A stretch of DNA of 63,993 bases, filler included, from Basidiobolus ranarum (GCA_040143965.1; 5 parts of 5 records of this genome joined end to end with filler, not necessarily neighbours in it); one strand, 5' to 3'; positions 18,299 through 31,851 are shown, numbered from the whole stretch's first letter. A program made the numbers and translations. The notes: generated from the letters alone by a model not told the origin.

Positions 18299-21200
18299 GG
18301 AGAAGGAATCTAGGATTGTTTTAAATGTAGCTTGGGGAGGGTAGTTGGCAAGCGAATTCCTTGGAGAAAAAGTAAACACCGCGGGTTCGAGAGGGAAACT
18401 AAAAAACCGGAATATTATCTAAAATTTCTTGTTCTCCGTCTAGTTGACTCTTATATAAAGCTAAAAGTTCCAAATCAGTGATTTAGCATCGTCGAAATCA
18501 CCAGTGGAAAGTAACATCATCAGATGACGATGATTTACGCACTCATTCTCGTGAATTCACACATTTTTGGGGCTATTTCGTAACAAGAATCGAGCCTACC
18601 TATCTGGAACAAGCGTTGATAATGATCAACTCATTGATGCCAGGTTAGTTAAGATGTATTTCGACTGTTTATTAACATTAGAGGATGCTACCTCCATTCT
18701 GCTTTGAGTTGATAAATTTATAAAGAAAGCCACTATGTATTATAGTAGCAAAGCAGTCCAACAATAGCTACAGCCTTACAATCGGATTTTGGAGTTGATA
18801 GGCTATGAGGTTGCTTGCATAAGTGATGATTACCAAGCCACGTATGGGTTCCAATATGTATACTTTCCGCTTATGGAAACCACATCCCAAGTTAGTATTG
18901 CCAATCATGGTGAGGATGGAGGTCTATGAAAGGATAGTGCTCAGATGCCTCACCTCGACTTGAGGAGCAACTGAGCACCTGTAAGCGATCTTAAATTCAT
19001 ATGCCTTCGGAATGGCTAGAAATATTATCATAAATTGGACGATCAAGAGTAGCAATCCCTGGTTGTGTTCTTTGCTCGGGCGCTACAGAATTAGCATATT
19101 AAGAAGCACATACATGGTTAAGCGAGGTTCAATTACCCCCTATTTTCATAGAAAATACCACAACCCTGGGCATGAGCAACGCCTCGACAGGTATGTTGAT
19201 GGTCATTGAATGAACTGAGACAGCTTATTACTGTAATATTGGGATCCGTAGTAAAGTGCATCTATATCAAATTCAACAGCAATGACAAATGCAACCTGCG
19301 TGCGCTGATAAGTTCAATTTTAAAAACCTCCTTGCCATCCCAGCTTCAATAACCTTATCTGCATGTTTCTATTGAACTACAAATCCGATTCCAGTATGTC
19401 GAGAAAAATGGAAGAGGCATTGTATATCTAACTAACGCATGCATTCACAATGAATATAATTGAATGCATCAACGGTTATGATCTACACTAGTAATTGGCC
19501 ACTGTAATGGGGAAGTGACTGTTACTGCCTGCAGAGTTCGCTATAAAAATGTATTTAAAACTCGATAAACCCAATGATCCGAAAACTCGATTGAACGCTT
19601 ATATCTTGGTATATATATGCAAGTTAAACTCATTTATGGTCGGTATTGATTCTCATCAGTGCTGTATGCGCCCTTCCATCTGAGCCATAGGAGATGTGCT
19701 TGTAAAAAAATACTGCATGTTTGATAGACAATACTATTATCTGAGCACTTAGTTTCATCATCCTTAATTGCTACTAATCTATAGAAAAACTCGGAAGTCA
19801 AGAAATCTGCCTATTAGTGCATATATAAGTTGGCGAATCTCGATATGCTTCACTGAAATCCATCATTAAATGCTCACACGCACCTAACCTAGAAAACATC
19901 CAGGAATAAATCAAAATCTACTATTATGACTGAAAACTATCTGATAGCTATATCTATTGTCTGCGGCCATTATGTGAATACCATAGCTGCCAGATCTGAA
20001 TGACTTAATCCCAATATGCCATTACTCACTTATCGGCATTTATCCTATGTTGAACACCGCTATCACTGTGTTTTGGTTAGCACTAGTATTATAGAATTGA
20101 CTAAATTGTGACTAGTCTTCACCAGCTCAATGGTATTGGTTTTCTGATGCTCTATTAAGAAAAGTATTCATGATAGTCGTATAAGCAGCTTTTAAAAAGG
20201 CTCTGCTTTGGGATTTCTGAAAAGCATGAATCCTGGAAACTCTTGACCTGTATGTCACGCCGGAGGACCAATTGGACATTAAAAATTTTCACCTTCGCTT
20301 CCCGAGTCATTGGCAATAGTAAGAATAGCACAAAAACAATCTCGGATGATATTTATGTAAAGAAAAGATGGGAGTAATTGCTGTAGTTCCAAAGTATTGC
20401 TAAACCTTAGTGTTGATGTATAAACAAAACTTAGGGTACAATAGGAAATTTACAAATTTGTTATAAGAAGGAAAGCAAAACGAACTTTCCATCGAAATAC
20501 AGGGATTGAAAGCAGGTACTATATAGTATGATATATACATAATGCGTTATTAGTGTTAGATTTGCTAGTCAAGGTTTGCCAACTGGTTAGTGCTATTTGG
20601 AGTTGAAGCTATGCTCATCAACATATTTGGAAATCTGCCGAAGAGGCACAGAAATACTTTGAGTGATATCTAGTTCCTTTACGAGAAAAAAATAAGAAGG
20701 TTAATGAACCATATTGCTGAGACGTTTGAAAGTTTGAGAGCGCAACTGGCTTCATACCGTTTGGACATTTCAATGTTATTCAAAGTAAATGCAATAGTTT
20801 TCTACTACTTCAACTTTGCTCTCTGTACATTGCTGAAAAAGCAAGATTTAAACTATTATAGTTGCAAAGATTTTGTTTCCACAAGCACCCGAACTCATTC
20901 CATACAGGAGCAGGAGGGGACTTTGATACAATTAGGAAGTTTATTGGTACTATGCACTGTATTACATAATTTAAATGTTCTATGTATAGCTGAATCTAAC
21001 TCTAGCCCTATATATCGGAATCTTTTTAATTTGCCATCCTCTATCAGATCATCTGGCCATTATTTGAGGCATTTCCTGCAGAATTGTCTAGCAACTAACT
21101 TATCGTAGTATATCTCTTCCAATAAACCACCAATGATATTACATATCGATGTTTCTATTAAACTGCCGATGTGGTCTCTCTGGTGCATCTGAGGCCTACT

Positions 21201-22584
21201 TAACCAGCTTCATCTACAACACAGTATTATCCATCTTGAGATTACACATATTACGCAATAGAATTGGGGACCTAGATATCTCCATGGGTAACATGAAAAC
21301 CTTCCCATTAGACAAAAAAGAGGCATTGGGTGACATGATTCATATACGGTCGTTAGACAACAATCAGCTGAACCACTATCGAGTACTATAAGTGAGGATG
21401 AGCGTGCTAAAGAGTATACAATCTGTAACTCCAACTTTACCATCGGGATATTCTTAAGCTCTTTATTAGTTGTAACCATCGAGAAATATCCGTCTACATT
21501 GTATCCAGCCGGTACCATCCCGCGTGGTACAAACGAGTAAGCTAATAAAAGCAAGTCCATACTAATTGACCTCTTTTTTCCTGTACAATGTTGACCTTGA
21601 GAAGATTCCAATTATTAATTGATGCCATCGATACTGTTACCGATACGTTGGGCAATCCAGGTTACTTGATAAATTTTTAGATTAACCCCGGATAAATGAA
21701 CAAGGAGAAGTCATACTTATTGCATTAGGACACCTCATTCAGATACTACATAGAACAATACTCAGCAAGTGCCATTTGAGTGACATTGAACACAAGGACT
21801 AGATTCCAATAGGATTATTCTTGAGGGTCGCAAAAATTAACCTAATCCGCTACTTTCGGCCAGCAAAATCAGATCTTCTCCACTAAAGTGCCAATGAACG
21901 AATAGTTATAGGGGTGCGCTTGTACAACAAATATTGAAGTCTACTTTCAATAAGAATTTTCCCCTCTTTCTATTTTAATTTGAAATTCCCCAAATCAGCG
22001 TTTGATTAAATAGGTTTAGGTTCTATAGGATTTTGCGTAACAAGTGCACAAGTAGATACTTACCTAGCCAAGAAATAGAACCCTTTTAGCTTAAACTCGC
22101 CTCTTTTTCCCTGATAGTGATCCGAAATTTAAAACGAATACCTGACTTGTGCTAGGAAAAGAATCCCAAACAGGGTTATGCCTATCGACAGCGCGTAACA
22201 CACCAGAACAGGTACTTTAAAACCATTGCCCCATGGAATCAAGAGGTTAGCTTCGACTCATGGTTAAGGGTGATCTAGCTTGGCTGGATGAACAGTCTTC
22301 GGCTTGACACCACTTGTATCGTAAGATACGGCGAATACATATGCATCAAGTAGGTATTCTATCAAGGAACACGGCTAGAAGCAAGAAAGCTCTGTTCTGA
22401 TAACTTTTCGACTTAATCCATGAATGCGAGGAAATGGACTACTATCCCTCAATTAGTTTTATCAGCAAGCATACACGATCTGGTTTGATGTAAGGAGTTA
22501 CCCAGCACTTCAGTATAGCCTAATATAGCCATGAATATTTGAGTCACTGATGAAACTGTACTACATTACTACGGGCTCGATTCG

Positions 22585-22591
22585 TATAAAA
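22585..22591 (+). promoter_or_regulatory. TATA box of secreted peptide A
   Basis: TATAAAA about 50 bp upstream of the ATG at 22638. Confidence 0.6.
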
Positions 22592-22637
22592 TCAAAAAGC
22601 ATCCACAACGCATCATCAAAATCACTCACAGTTTACT

Positions 22638-22904
22638 ATGTACATTAAGTCTGGCACCATCCTCGTTGTTTGTGTTCTTATTACTTTCGTCTGCCTGGTT
22701 GCGGGAAGCCCAATCCCTCAAACATCCGAAGCGAGCGCTCACGATAGCTCCAGAGGTACCTGGAAGCAACAGTTGGAGAGAGCAGTAGACTACAAACCAG
22801 GTGATGAGTATGAGGAGAATGAATTCGAGGACTATGCTGACAACATATCTCTTCTACTCCCCGACGGCTCTGAACCTGCCCAAAATCAAGATGAAGACGA
22901 ATGA
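22638..22904 (+). CDS. Small secreted acidic Tyr-rich peptide A (88 aa)
   Basis: Hydrophobic signal peptide, probable cleavage VAG|SPIP. Core WKQQLERAVDYKPGDEYEENEFEDYADNISLLLPD is shared with the paralogue 0.9 kb downstream. Confidence 0.85.
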   Translation: MYIKSGTILVVCVLITFVCLVAGSPIPQTSEASAHDSSRGTWKQQLERAVDYKPGDEYEENEFEDYADNISLLLPDGSEPAQNQDEDE

Positions 22905-23741
22905 TCGCCTGTGTTGAAGATTCATGTCAAAGGTATCCGGATACCTTCACCACGACCTATTTAAAATCTCCTGGAATGAGGCTGGTCTCAATATTCGAAC
23001 TACTGAATGCTGGCCCAATTGCCGGCCAAGGCAGAACTAACTTACGCAGTGCGAGCACTCGGTTCTGTACAATAAATCCCATTGGGTGTTTTCTCTATTG
23101 CTCCATTATAATTCGATCCCTTCACGCTTCCTATTTTGAAGTTAGCCGTCAAACAAATCACCATCAGGCATCTTGAAATAAATAAACTTAAATTATAAGC
23201 TATCGCATGAACGAGCGCCAAGTTAGTACATTAATTGATCATACAATGCTAAAAAGCGTGACCCACTGCCAAGAATGGGGTAAATTGCGAAGACAATTCG
23301 TCTTGGGAATCACCACATCCACCCCTTCCACTGACTGCTCGTGATCCATTGCTACTTCCAGATATGGCACTGATGTGATTACAGTTGTTAGTCATCTACA
23401 AGGATAGTCAATTTCTGACTAGGCCCGGTTTCACCACCAATCAGTGCTCCAGATATCAATGCCTTATGGGCTTGAGCATCGACACATGATGGTGCTGATT
23501 GGTTAACTGAGCGTCATAGGTATTCTGAGTATGGCCGTGTCTTTACTAGCCGGACCATGACTAAAGGATGCGACTTTATTTCCAGTAATGAGTCAATGAT
23601 CATGGTGCATTTCTATGGTCACCGATTTACTGGTCTAAGCGTTGCGCGCATTTGCTAGCAAGCCACCTCATGATTACCTTTGCAACGTATAAATTTCCCA
23701 TTCTGGGAATATCATGAGTGCTGCCAAGGGTGGCATCCAAG

Positions 23742-23748
23742 TATAAAA
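23742..23748 (+). promoter_or_regulatory. TATA box of secreted peptide B
   Basis: TATAAAA about 80 bp upstream of the ATG at 23827. Confidence 0.6.
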
Positions 23749-23826
23749 CTACCAGCTAGCAGCTACCAGATGCCACATATTTTCTAAAGCCCACCACAAT
23801 CAGATAAACTCATAATTAATTAAACT

Positions 23827-24090
23827 ATGCACATTTCACACATAACCCTTCTCTTAAGTTGTAGCGCCATGGGCCTTGCCCAACCGATCCCAAGTAATGA
23901 AATACATTCGCCGATTGCCAAGTATTCACCGAAGCTTGAGCAAGGTGAATCATGGCAGGAGCAGCTCGAACAAGTAGAATACACACCTGGTGACGAATAT
24001 GAAGAAGATCAGTTCGAAGATTATGCAAACGATTACTCATTCTTACTGCCAGATGCTCCCCGTCCTCAGGACGCTAACTCAAGAGCATAG
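23827..24090 (+). CDS. Small secreted acidic Tyr-rich peptide B (87 aa), paralogue of peptide A
   Basis: Signal peptide, probable cleavage GLA|QPIP. Core WQEQLEQVEYTPGDEYEEDQFEDYANDYSFLLPD. Confidence 0.85.
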   Translation: MHISHITLLLSCSAMGLAQPIPSNEIHSPIAKYSPKLEQGESWQEQLEQVEYTPGDEYEEDQFEDYANDYSFLLPDAPRPQDANSRA

Positions 24091-25384
24091 TGCGAGCCTA
24101 TGAAAACTTGCTAGTAGCCACCAAAGCCATCGTAAATAACCTAATTCTATCTAAGTTATTGTGGCTATGCCAATATCGTGTACTTTTATATGGATTGTAA
24201 ATAATCATTTCCCGGATTCTTGTGGTAGTCATTCTGTATTTATCGTGACAGTTGTACAAAATGCAAACATTTTTCATTCGTCCGCTAACCCTTGAGTATT
24301 CTTTACTAATGGGCGGCAAGCATATCTTTCAATGTATTGCGTTAATAAATATACTCAGTAAGATAGTCTCATATGTTGCACCATTTTGTGTATTGGTTAT
24401 ATGTTATTTCTATCTGAAGGAGTCTAACCCAATTGTATTTGAAACGGAGACCTCACGGAATGGTTAGAGGCAATCAAGAGCATATATATCTATGATATAC
24501 TCCAACTCTTAGTATAGAAAACTGCATACTTCAAATATAGAAAACGAGCTAACCATATATCTTTGATCTAGAGTAGCTAATCACCGTTGGCTCATACTTG
24601 ATGTATCAAATTAGCCCAAATTCCCAAGTGGCGCAAATACACAAATATGCTTAGTCTATCTACTACTGTGATGACCATGGAAGGTTCGGCATTGTTAAGT
24701 TTGTGTTTCTAAATCAGTTAACCTAGTAATGCATACTAAGGGAGATTATATATATATGAAAGAGGTATAAGCAGCAGATAGTACAGTTCTTATTCGGTTA
24801 TGATTTCAATCGAAATATGGAGGTGGTTAGATTATTGCTTTCGAAAGAAATTCTGATAGGTCCAATTCTTACTTGCTCTAGTTAGCAATATAGCTTACAA
24901 TTACAAAGATATCGTTGGGTGAGAAAGATGGTAAACGCAAAGATAACAAAATTGGGTTTATTATTTGAATAGTAGCATATCTGTTCTCAGTCGATGATAC
25001 TGTGTACTCACATACAAAAAATATAGCCTATATTCAATTTTTAACTTTACCAAATATCCAACTAATCCTATGACTTCATTCATTGATTGTTTATTTCACA
25101 AGTGACTTTTGATACTATATAATAGTTGGAAAACGATATGATATATTATCATTTATATATGCCTAGAGTTACAGTGCCCAATATAATTCTTATTTCATTT
25201 AGTCCAATTATGAAACACTTGGTGATTCTGACTTTCGAAACTTAACCCGAAGTTGCCTTTTTTTAGTCCATTGAATGCTGCGCTATTAAAGTGCTGTTCG
25301 TGAGTAATATGGGCTATGCTGTAATCAGCATTATCTAAGCACCTATATAGTCATATATATCTTAGTATGTTTTTACCAACTTAT

Positions 25385-26316
25385 AAGTTCCCAGATGTAT
25401 AGATTTTTCAAACTTGTGCTGAAGGCCCCAAGCTTTGGGCACATGTTTTTGGAGTCTTCTTTAACACTTACTAAAAGTTTTTTGTTTCCAACTTAACAAA
25501 AGCATCAATGTCAAATTTCTACTCAGTAAAGCTGTAAGTGAAAACCATCAATTGCTCTACTTCTCCAAACCACTTTCAACAGGCTGCCAAATACTTTAAA
25601 AGGCTATGATCCCCAAGCCTGCACTATTTGTAATGTCCACTTCTCAAGCATAAGGAACTTCTCCCTCATTTGAAAAATTCAATGGAACCTGTTATCAAGT
25701 TGAGAAAATTAGCATGAAAATGATACTGCATGAAAAATAACTTTTGGATACTGTTGCAAGAGAAGAGGCAATGCAAAGCTGCCTGAAGCCAATATTTTAC
25801 CTCACATTTAAAAAGAACAAAGTGCATCTTGTTGAAGTTAGCATTGCCTAAGCAACTATACAGTCATGAATAGCTTAGTACCTAGTTATCTTATATTTCA
25901 CTAAGATGTTATCCATTATTCTCACAAGGAATTTACTTAGAAGTTCTCAGATATATAGATTTTTCAAACTGGTGCTAGAAGCCCCAAAATTTGCACACAT
26001 GTTTCTGGGACCTTCCTTAACACATTCCATATGTTAGTTTGTTTATGGCTTGACAAAACTATAAATGTCAACTTTCCACTCAATAAATCAATAAGTGAAA
26101 ACCACCAATTCCTCTAATTCTCTAAACCACTTCCAACAGGCTCCCAGCCCTAATGCAAGCCCTTACTCAGCTTCAGCAAGAAAATCAGGAACTTTGTACT
26201 TCCATTGCTCAAGTACAGAATCCTGCTCCACCCAACTATACTGCAATTCCAACTCCTTGTTGAAGTTTATTGTCTTTATCATATTTGTTATCTCTATCTT
26301 TGTACACCTAACTATC
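25385..26316. repeat. Degenerate CpG-free repeat or transposon relic containing two diverged direct copies (~25385-25650 and ~25941-26215)
   Basis: AAGTTCCCAGATGTATAGATTTTTCAAACTTGTGCT versus AAGTTCTCAGATATATAGATTTTTCAAACTGGTGCT; similarity continues to CCACTTYCAACAGGCT (offset ~556 bp). The contig breaks inside the repeat. Confidence 0.8.
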
Positions 26317-26416
26317 NNNNNNNNNNNNNNNNNNNNNNNNNNNNNNNNNNNNNNNNNNNNTTAATTAATTAANNNNNNNNNNNNNNNNNNNNNNNNNNNN
26401 NNNNNNNNNNNNNNNN
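26317..26416. other. Artificial contig spacer
   Basis: N44-TTAATTAATTAA-N44. Confidence 0.98.
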
Positions 26417-26557
26417 CTCTGGGTTGGTAATCTGCAAACTCCCACCGGCGGTGTTCTCGTAGTCGGCATCCTCGATGTTTTCCAATGACCCGTGTAGCAT
26501 AGCTGCATGGAGCATCCCAAAGCCTTGCTTTTGGTCCTCGATGGAGAAATAAGACAT
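26417..26557 (-). CDS. 5' end of an unidentified gene, truncated by the contig edge
   Basis: ATG-initiated frame MSYFSIEDQKQGFGMLHAAMLHG..., GC-richer than its flank, runs open into the spacer. Confidence 0.45.
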
Positions 26558-28426
26558 AGCTCTAAGCGATTTTGTTTTACAAATTCAAAGATCTAAAATA
26601 TTGAAAACAAAGACTATACCACAAAAGTTAAACAAATGAAAATCTTCCGTCATATATCATTTATACTTACTGCACTGATTATATCTAGTTCCAACACCTC
26701 GAACCACTTTCGGTTGAAGAGGAACAACAACGATGCCGTAGGCTATATATTCAATTTCTAATAATGACTGTTCATTTTCTGTATATGAGGCATGAAGTTT
26801 TTGGTAATTAGTGATGCTCGAGTTTCAGCTATGATGTTATTCATTCGAACATTAAATACGGGTGACTTGGGTGGAGTTTTAGGTTAAGCCTTTCGTTTCA
26901 ATAGTGAGCATTTAGTGTACTGGATCCTTGGTATGGATCAACAGTAGTTGAGATGGAAGAGCGCCGCAGTTAAATATTAAATTCGGATCCCTACTGTACT
27001 GGGAGCCAATTTATGAGCACAAGTACTGAGCGAAGGAGCTTGAAGTATCATATTTTATCATCAATACCTCAATAAAACCATGCCTTCATGACCTCTAAAG
27101 AATATCTACTCTGCGGTAAGTATTGCCGTAGATGGGTTAAATAGGTCCCACTTCAATTATCTTACATTGTTTCAAATTCATTCCCCCAAGATTGTCGCCC
27201 AGGACTAACCTCGCAGCATACCTAATTCTAAGTCAGACTCGGTATTATCATCACATTAGCATATCTGCAACGCTTATAATTCATTCTCTATGATTAAAAC
27301 CAGGGCATTTGCGATTGTAACGATAGTTGATATCAGTTTTCTTCATCTACTAGAGCATGAACGGCCTGCTTTGAGTTCAATCAATTGAATATTCTACACG
27401 GCTATAATAAATAATTACGCCCAGATCAGCTGTGGCATAAACTATAGATCTCCCTAAGGTAAGCAACTCTAATCAAGATCATATTGCAATTATTAGAATC
27501 GTAGATTGTAGCTACTACTAGCTCGGTGGTCCCATTCGTGACAACGATTAATGGCTTACCACTGTACTCACCTTTGCTCCTTTTACTCCTGAAAATGATA
27601 CCCGCAGAAGTAGCTGCTTTAATCCTCACCGATATCCAACTGTATAAATGTGTCAACATAGAAGCTGTCTCCTAACTTTGATATCGCCACTAAATGGAGT
27701 GGAGTCCACTGGGGTTTGACCTACGACAATCCAAAGCGTATATGAACAAAGTTAGCAACTAGTTGAACAGATCAATCTACAATTAACAATTGAATATCGT
27801 CCAGTCTGGCCTGGATAATGAATTTCTTGAATTACGGTGATAGTAAAGCTCAACATTCCCGGTCATAACACGATTAACAGCACACTGCGGTCAATGCCTT
27901 CACTCTATGAATATCTTATTCTCCGTTCTCTCTGTTAAATAAACATAAGCCATACATAAAGAACTATACATCCGAATGCCTTTGTCTCCACTGAATCTTA
28001 AGCTATGCAGCTAACGATGAGTTGTCTAAATATAAATTAAAGGTTAGGAAATAAACCCAGAATTCGAGAGTAAACACGTGATATTCCTTGATTTTGCAAC
28101 AGCCTGTTTCAGCTTTAAATAAATATGAAACTCATCTGCATGTCATAACCTCAAAAAACTCTGGTGAAAGTTACACTTCAGTCCTATCTAATTTCGAAAA
28201 ACCCGGTGTGCCTTTGATAACAAACAACTCTGAAACATCAGCTTATGCGATAGACGAACCAAGAAATTACTACTTTCTGGCTGGCCATTTTCTCAAATAT
28301 ATCATATACTAAGTATTTTAATCATCAAATAATTTTAACAAATACCCCTAAATTACTGTACATCTGAAAAGCTCCTCACTGGAATTACAAACTTCATGGA
28401 CATCATATCAGAAGTGGAATTTATCA

Positions 28427-31400
28427 TCACCAATCCTTAACCAGACAAAGCTCAAACACAGACCCATTGACATCCTGCTCTTCAACAATGATGATGTCAG
28501 CTCCAGAAGCTCTATCAGCTACAGGATAAAGAGGTCTTTTCAAAACTTTCACCAGTACATCGGTTTGTTCCTTCATGACCTTGGAGAGTTGGTCTTCAGG
28601 ATCTTTCTTAAATTCATAATACATATGTACTGGATCGATAGGTTGAAGATTGGCTTTCTTGCGGAGTCTTTGCACACGGTTAATAACTTCACGAGCAAGA
28701 CCCTCTTGCTGTAGCTCTGGATATAATTGAATGTCTAACAGAACAAGGATATCTTTATCGGTGTTGGTTTCATAATGGCTGTCTTGGGTATCGAAATAAC
28801 GGATGACGGTAAGATCTTCATCGGATAGGGTAATTCCCTCAACTACAATGGTCATCTCCTTGACAAATTTCTTGACCTCATCAGAAGTGAGATTGGGAAG
28901 AGCTTTCTTCACCTTCATAGCATCTTTTTTTAACTTTTGCCCAAGAACCTTAAGATCGGCCTCGGCTTTATATTTAACTCCGTACTGTTCTTCGTTAGCG
29001 GTAACTGTCAAAGTTCGGATATTTAATTCTTCGGTAATATATTGTTCGAGGGCCCTAACGTCCTCGTGATATTGGGTATCAGGGTGAATAACGATTAATT
29101 CTTTGAGAGGAGTTTTCAGACTAATATTATTCTTTTCACGAGTGTATCTACCAAGCTCAATGACAGATTGCATCCTGGAAACTGCACGTTCAATCTCCGG
29201 ATCAAAGTACTCTTCGCGTACTTCAGGGAACAATAAGAAATGAATGGATCGCACATCTTCTTGCTCCTTAGAAGGAGGTAAGTAGGCCCTTAGAGTTTGA
29301 TACATATTCTCAGTCAAGAAGGGAGTGAAGGGGGACATGACGCGACACAAGGTGAAAAGCACTTCAAATAGAGTATTAAGTGCCATGACAGCATCTTCTT
29401 GTCCATTTTCACCCTTGAGCCTCTTCCTGTTAAACCTAACATACCAATTGGTCAATTCCTCAATAAGTTTTAACAAACGAGAAACAACAGTGTAGAGTCT
29501 ATAAGCGGCCATTTCTTCTCGAACAAATTGAATCAAAGATTGACAAGAAGCCAAGATCCACCTGTCCATAACGTTGGATGATTTTTGTTGCGCTGGATTG
29601 TACTTGAAATCAATATCAAACTCCTTCTTGAGTAGTACAATTTGGTTGACGAAAAATTTATACGCATTGTACCAAGGAAGGAATACTCGAGTGATTACTT
29701 CTTTGACACCTTCTTCCTTGAACTTGAGGGTTTCAGCACGAACAACTGGTGAGTTGATGAGGTAAAGTCTGAGTGCATCAGCACCAAAACTGTTAAGGAC
29801 TTTGGAAGGTTCGGGAAAATTTTGGAGACGTTTACTCATCTTCTTCCCGTCGGCTGCTAAGACGAGACCGTTAACAATCAGATTTTTGAATGCAGGCTCA
29901 TTAAAAAGATGGGTAGAAAGAACCATCAGAGTATAAAACCAGCCACGAGTTTGATCCAAACCCTCAGCAATAAAGTCAGCAGGGAAGCGAGCCTCAAACT
30001 CCTTTTTTCTCTCGAAGGGATAATGTTGTTGGGCATAAGGCATGCTACCACTTTCAAACCAGCAATCGAAAATTTCTTCAGTTCTTCTCAAAACACCGCG
30101 GCCAGTCTTTGATGGAATAGTAATATGATCAATTTTGTCGCGATGGATGTCATTAATACCAGAAACACCAGAAAGCTCTTCAAGCTCCGCAACTGAGCCG
30201 ACACATACAATCTCCTCCAAATCTTCACTGACCCACAAAGGAATGGGTGTACCCCAGTAACGGTTTCTAGAGACATTCCAATCTCTAGCATTTGCTAGCC
30301 AATTGGCAAAGCGCTTTTCTTGAACAAAGTCAGGAACCCAACGAGACTTCGTATTGTTATTAAGAAGCTTTTCGATAATAGGCTTAACACGTACGAACCA
30401 AGAAGGAACGGCTTTATAGATCAAAGGAGTATCGGATCTCCAACAGAAAGGATAACTATGCATAAATTGAGATTGTCGAATCAATCTATTTGTATTCTTT
30501 AGATACTTTTGGATGGCTTTATCGGCGTCCTTCACGTATTGGCCAGCAAAATCAGTAACCTCACTTGTATAAACACCCATCTCATTAACAGGGCATGGGA
30601 CATTTCCATCTTCAGTAATGACACCATGAGCAAGACATACACGGAAATCGTCCTCACCAAAGGCAGGGGCTTGATGAACAATACCAGTACCGCTATCATC
30701 GGTAACATAGGTATCAGTAAGAACTTTGAAGGCTCTACCCTTGAATTCTTCATAGAAATATTCGAATAAAGGTTTGTATTCGAGACCAAGTAGGTCTTTA
30801 CCCTTGTATTTTTGGAGAATCTCGAATTTAGCCTTCTTAGGATCTTTGTAAAGAATATCCAAACGTTTTTCAAGTAGGATGTATAATTGACCGGTTTCAC
30901 CATCCTTGATTTTGATATAATCAAAGTCGGGGTGGACACAAAGACTCAGGTTGGTAGGAAGAGTCCAAGGAGTAGTAGTCCAAGCAAGTATACTCACTTC
31001 AGGTTCATTGATCAAGGGAAAGGAAACAACAACTGCAGGATCGTTGATATCTTTGTAATTCTGAGAAGCCTCGAAGTTGGAAACTGGAGTGTTACAGCCT
31101 GTGGAGTAAGGCATAACACGAACTCCTTGATAAACTTGACCTTTGTCAAAAAGTTGCTTAAAGACCCACCAGACGCTCTCCATGAAAGGGAGATTTAAAG
31201 TTTTGTAACCGTTATCGAAATCAATCCAGCGCCCAGTTCTCTCCACAGTTGATCGCCATTCAGAGGAATAGCGCATGACAATACTACGACACTCTTCATT
31301 ATATTTATCGATCCCCATAGCCATAACATCATCTTTTCCCTACAAAACATTGATATTGTTAGTACTGTCTGGTGCATAAATCCTTCGAGAGAAATAAAAA

Positions 31401-31851
31401 TGATTGAACCTTAATTCCGAGTTTTTTGTCGACTTCGTGTTCGACGGGTAATCCATGGCAATCCCAACCAAAGCGACGTTCGACATAATGGCCGGTCTGA
31501 TGTGCATAACGAGTGACAATATCCTATATAAAATAGACAACACATGAATAAATGAAGGGCTACAAAATGCACAAGCCTACCTTAATAGTACCAGCTAAGA
31601 TGTGACCATAATGAGGGAGACCGGTGGCGAATGGAGGGCCATCATAAAAAGTATATGGCTTTCTACCCTCTGATAGTTTTACAGAGGTATGGAAAGCATC
31701 GATTTCTTTCCAGAAAGCTAGAATTTTTTCTTCCTCCTTGGGAAAATTGAATTGAGCAGACCCTAATAAACAAAGAATATTAATTTCCAATTGCAAAAAC
31801 GAAAATTCCAAATGATTTGGTCATAAGTGTGAGTTTACCCTCATTAGACAT
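28427..31851 (-). CDS. ILS1: Cytoplasmic isoleucyl-tRNA synthetase, three 5' introns
   Basis: [35 protein letters not shown] (HIGH-like), [24 protein letters not shown]. Exons ~31851-31839, 31763-31581, 31523-31411 and 31340-28427. Confidence 0.97.

Noticed and set aside
20704-21611. Three medium ORFs (80-134 aa) on both strands
   Set aside because: No motif and no coherent splice model; at most an unassignable decayed sequence.
22901-23176. 91-aa ORF overlapping the peptide A stop (ATGA), operon-like
   Set aside because: Eukaryotic context; it lies in the likely 3'UTR and has no protein features or counterpart after peptide B.
28803-31198. Many antisense or alternate-frame ORFs over ILS1 (also over ARO1, OYE and GH20)
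   Set aside because: These are shadows of long coding exons with no independent evidence.
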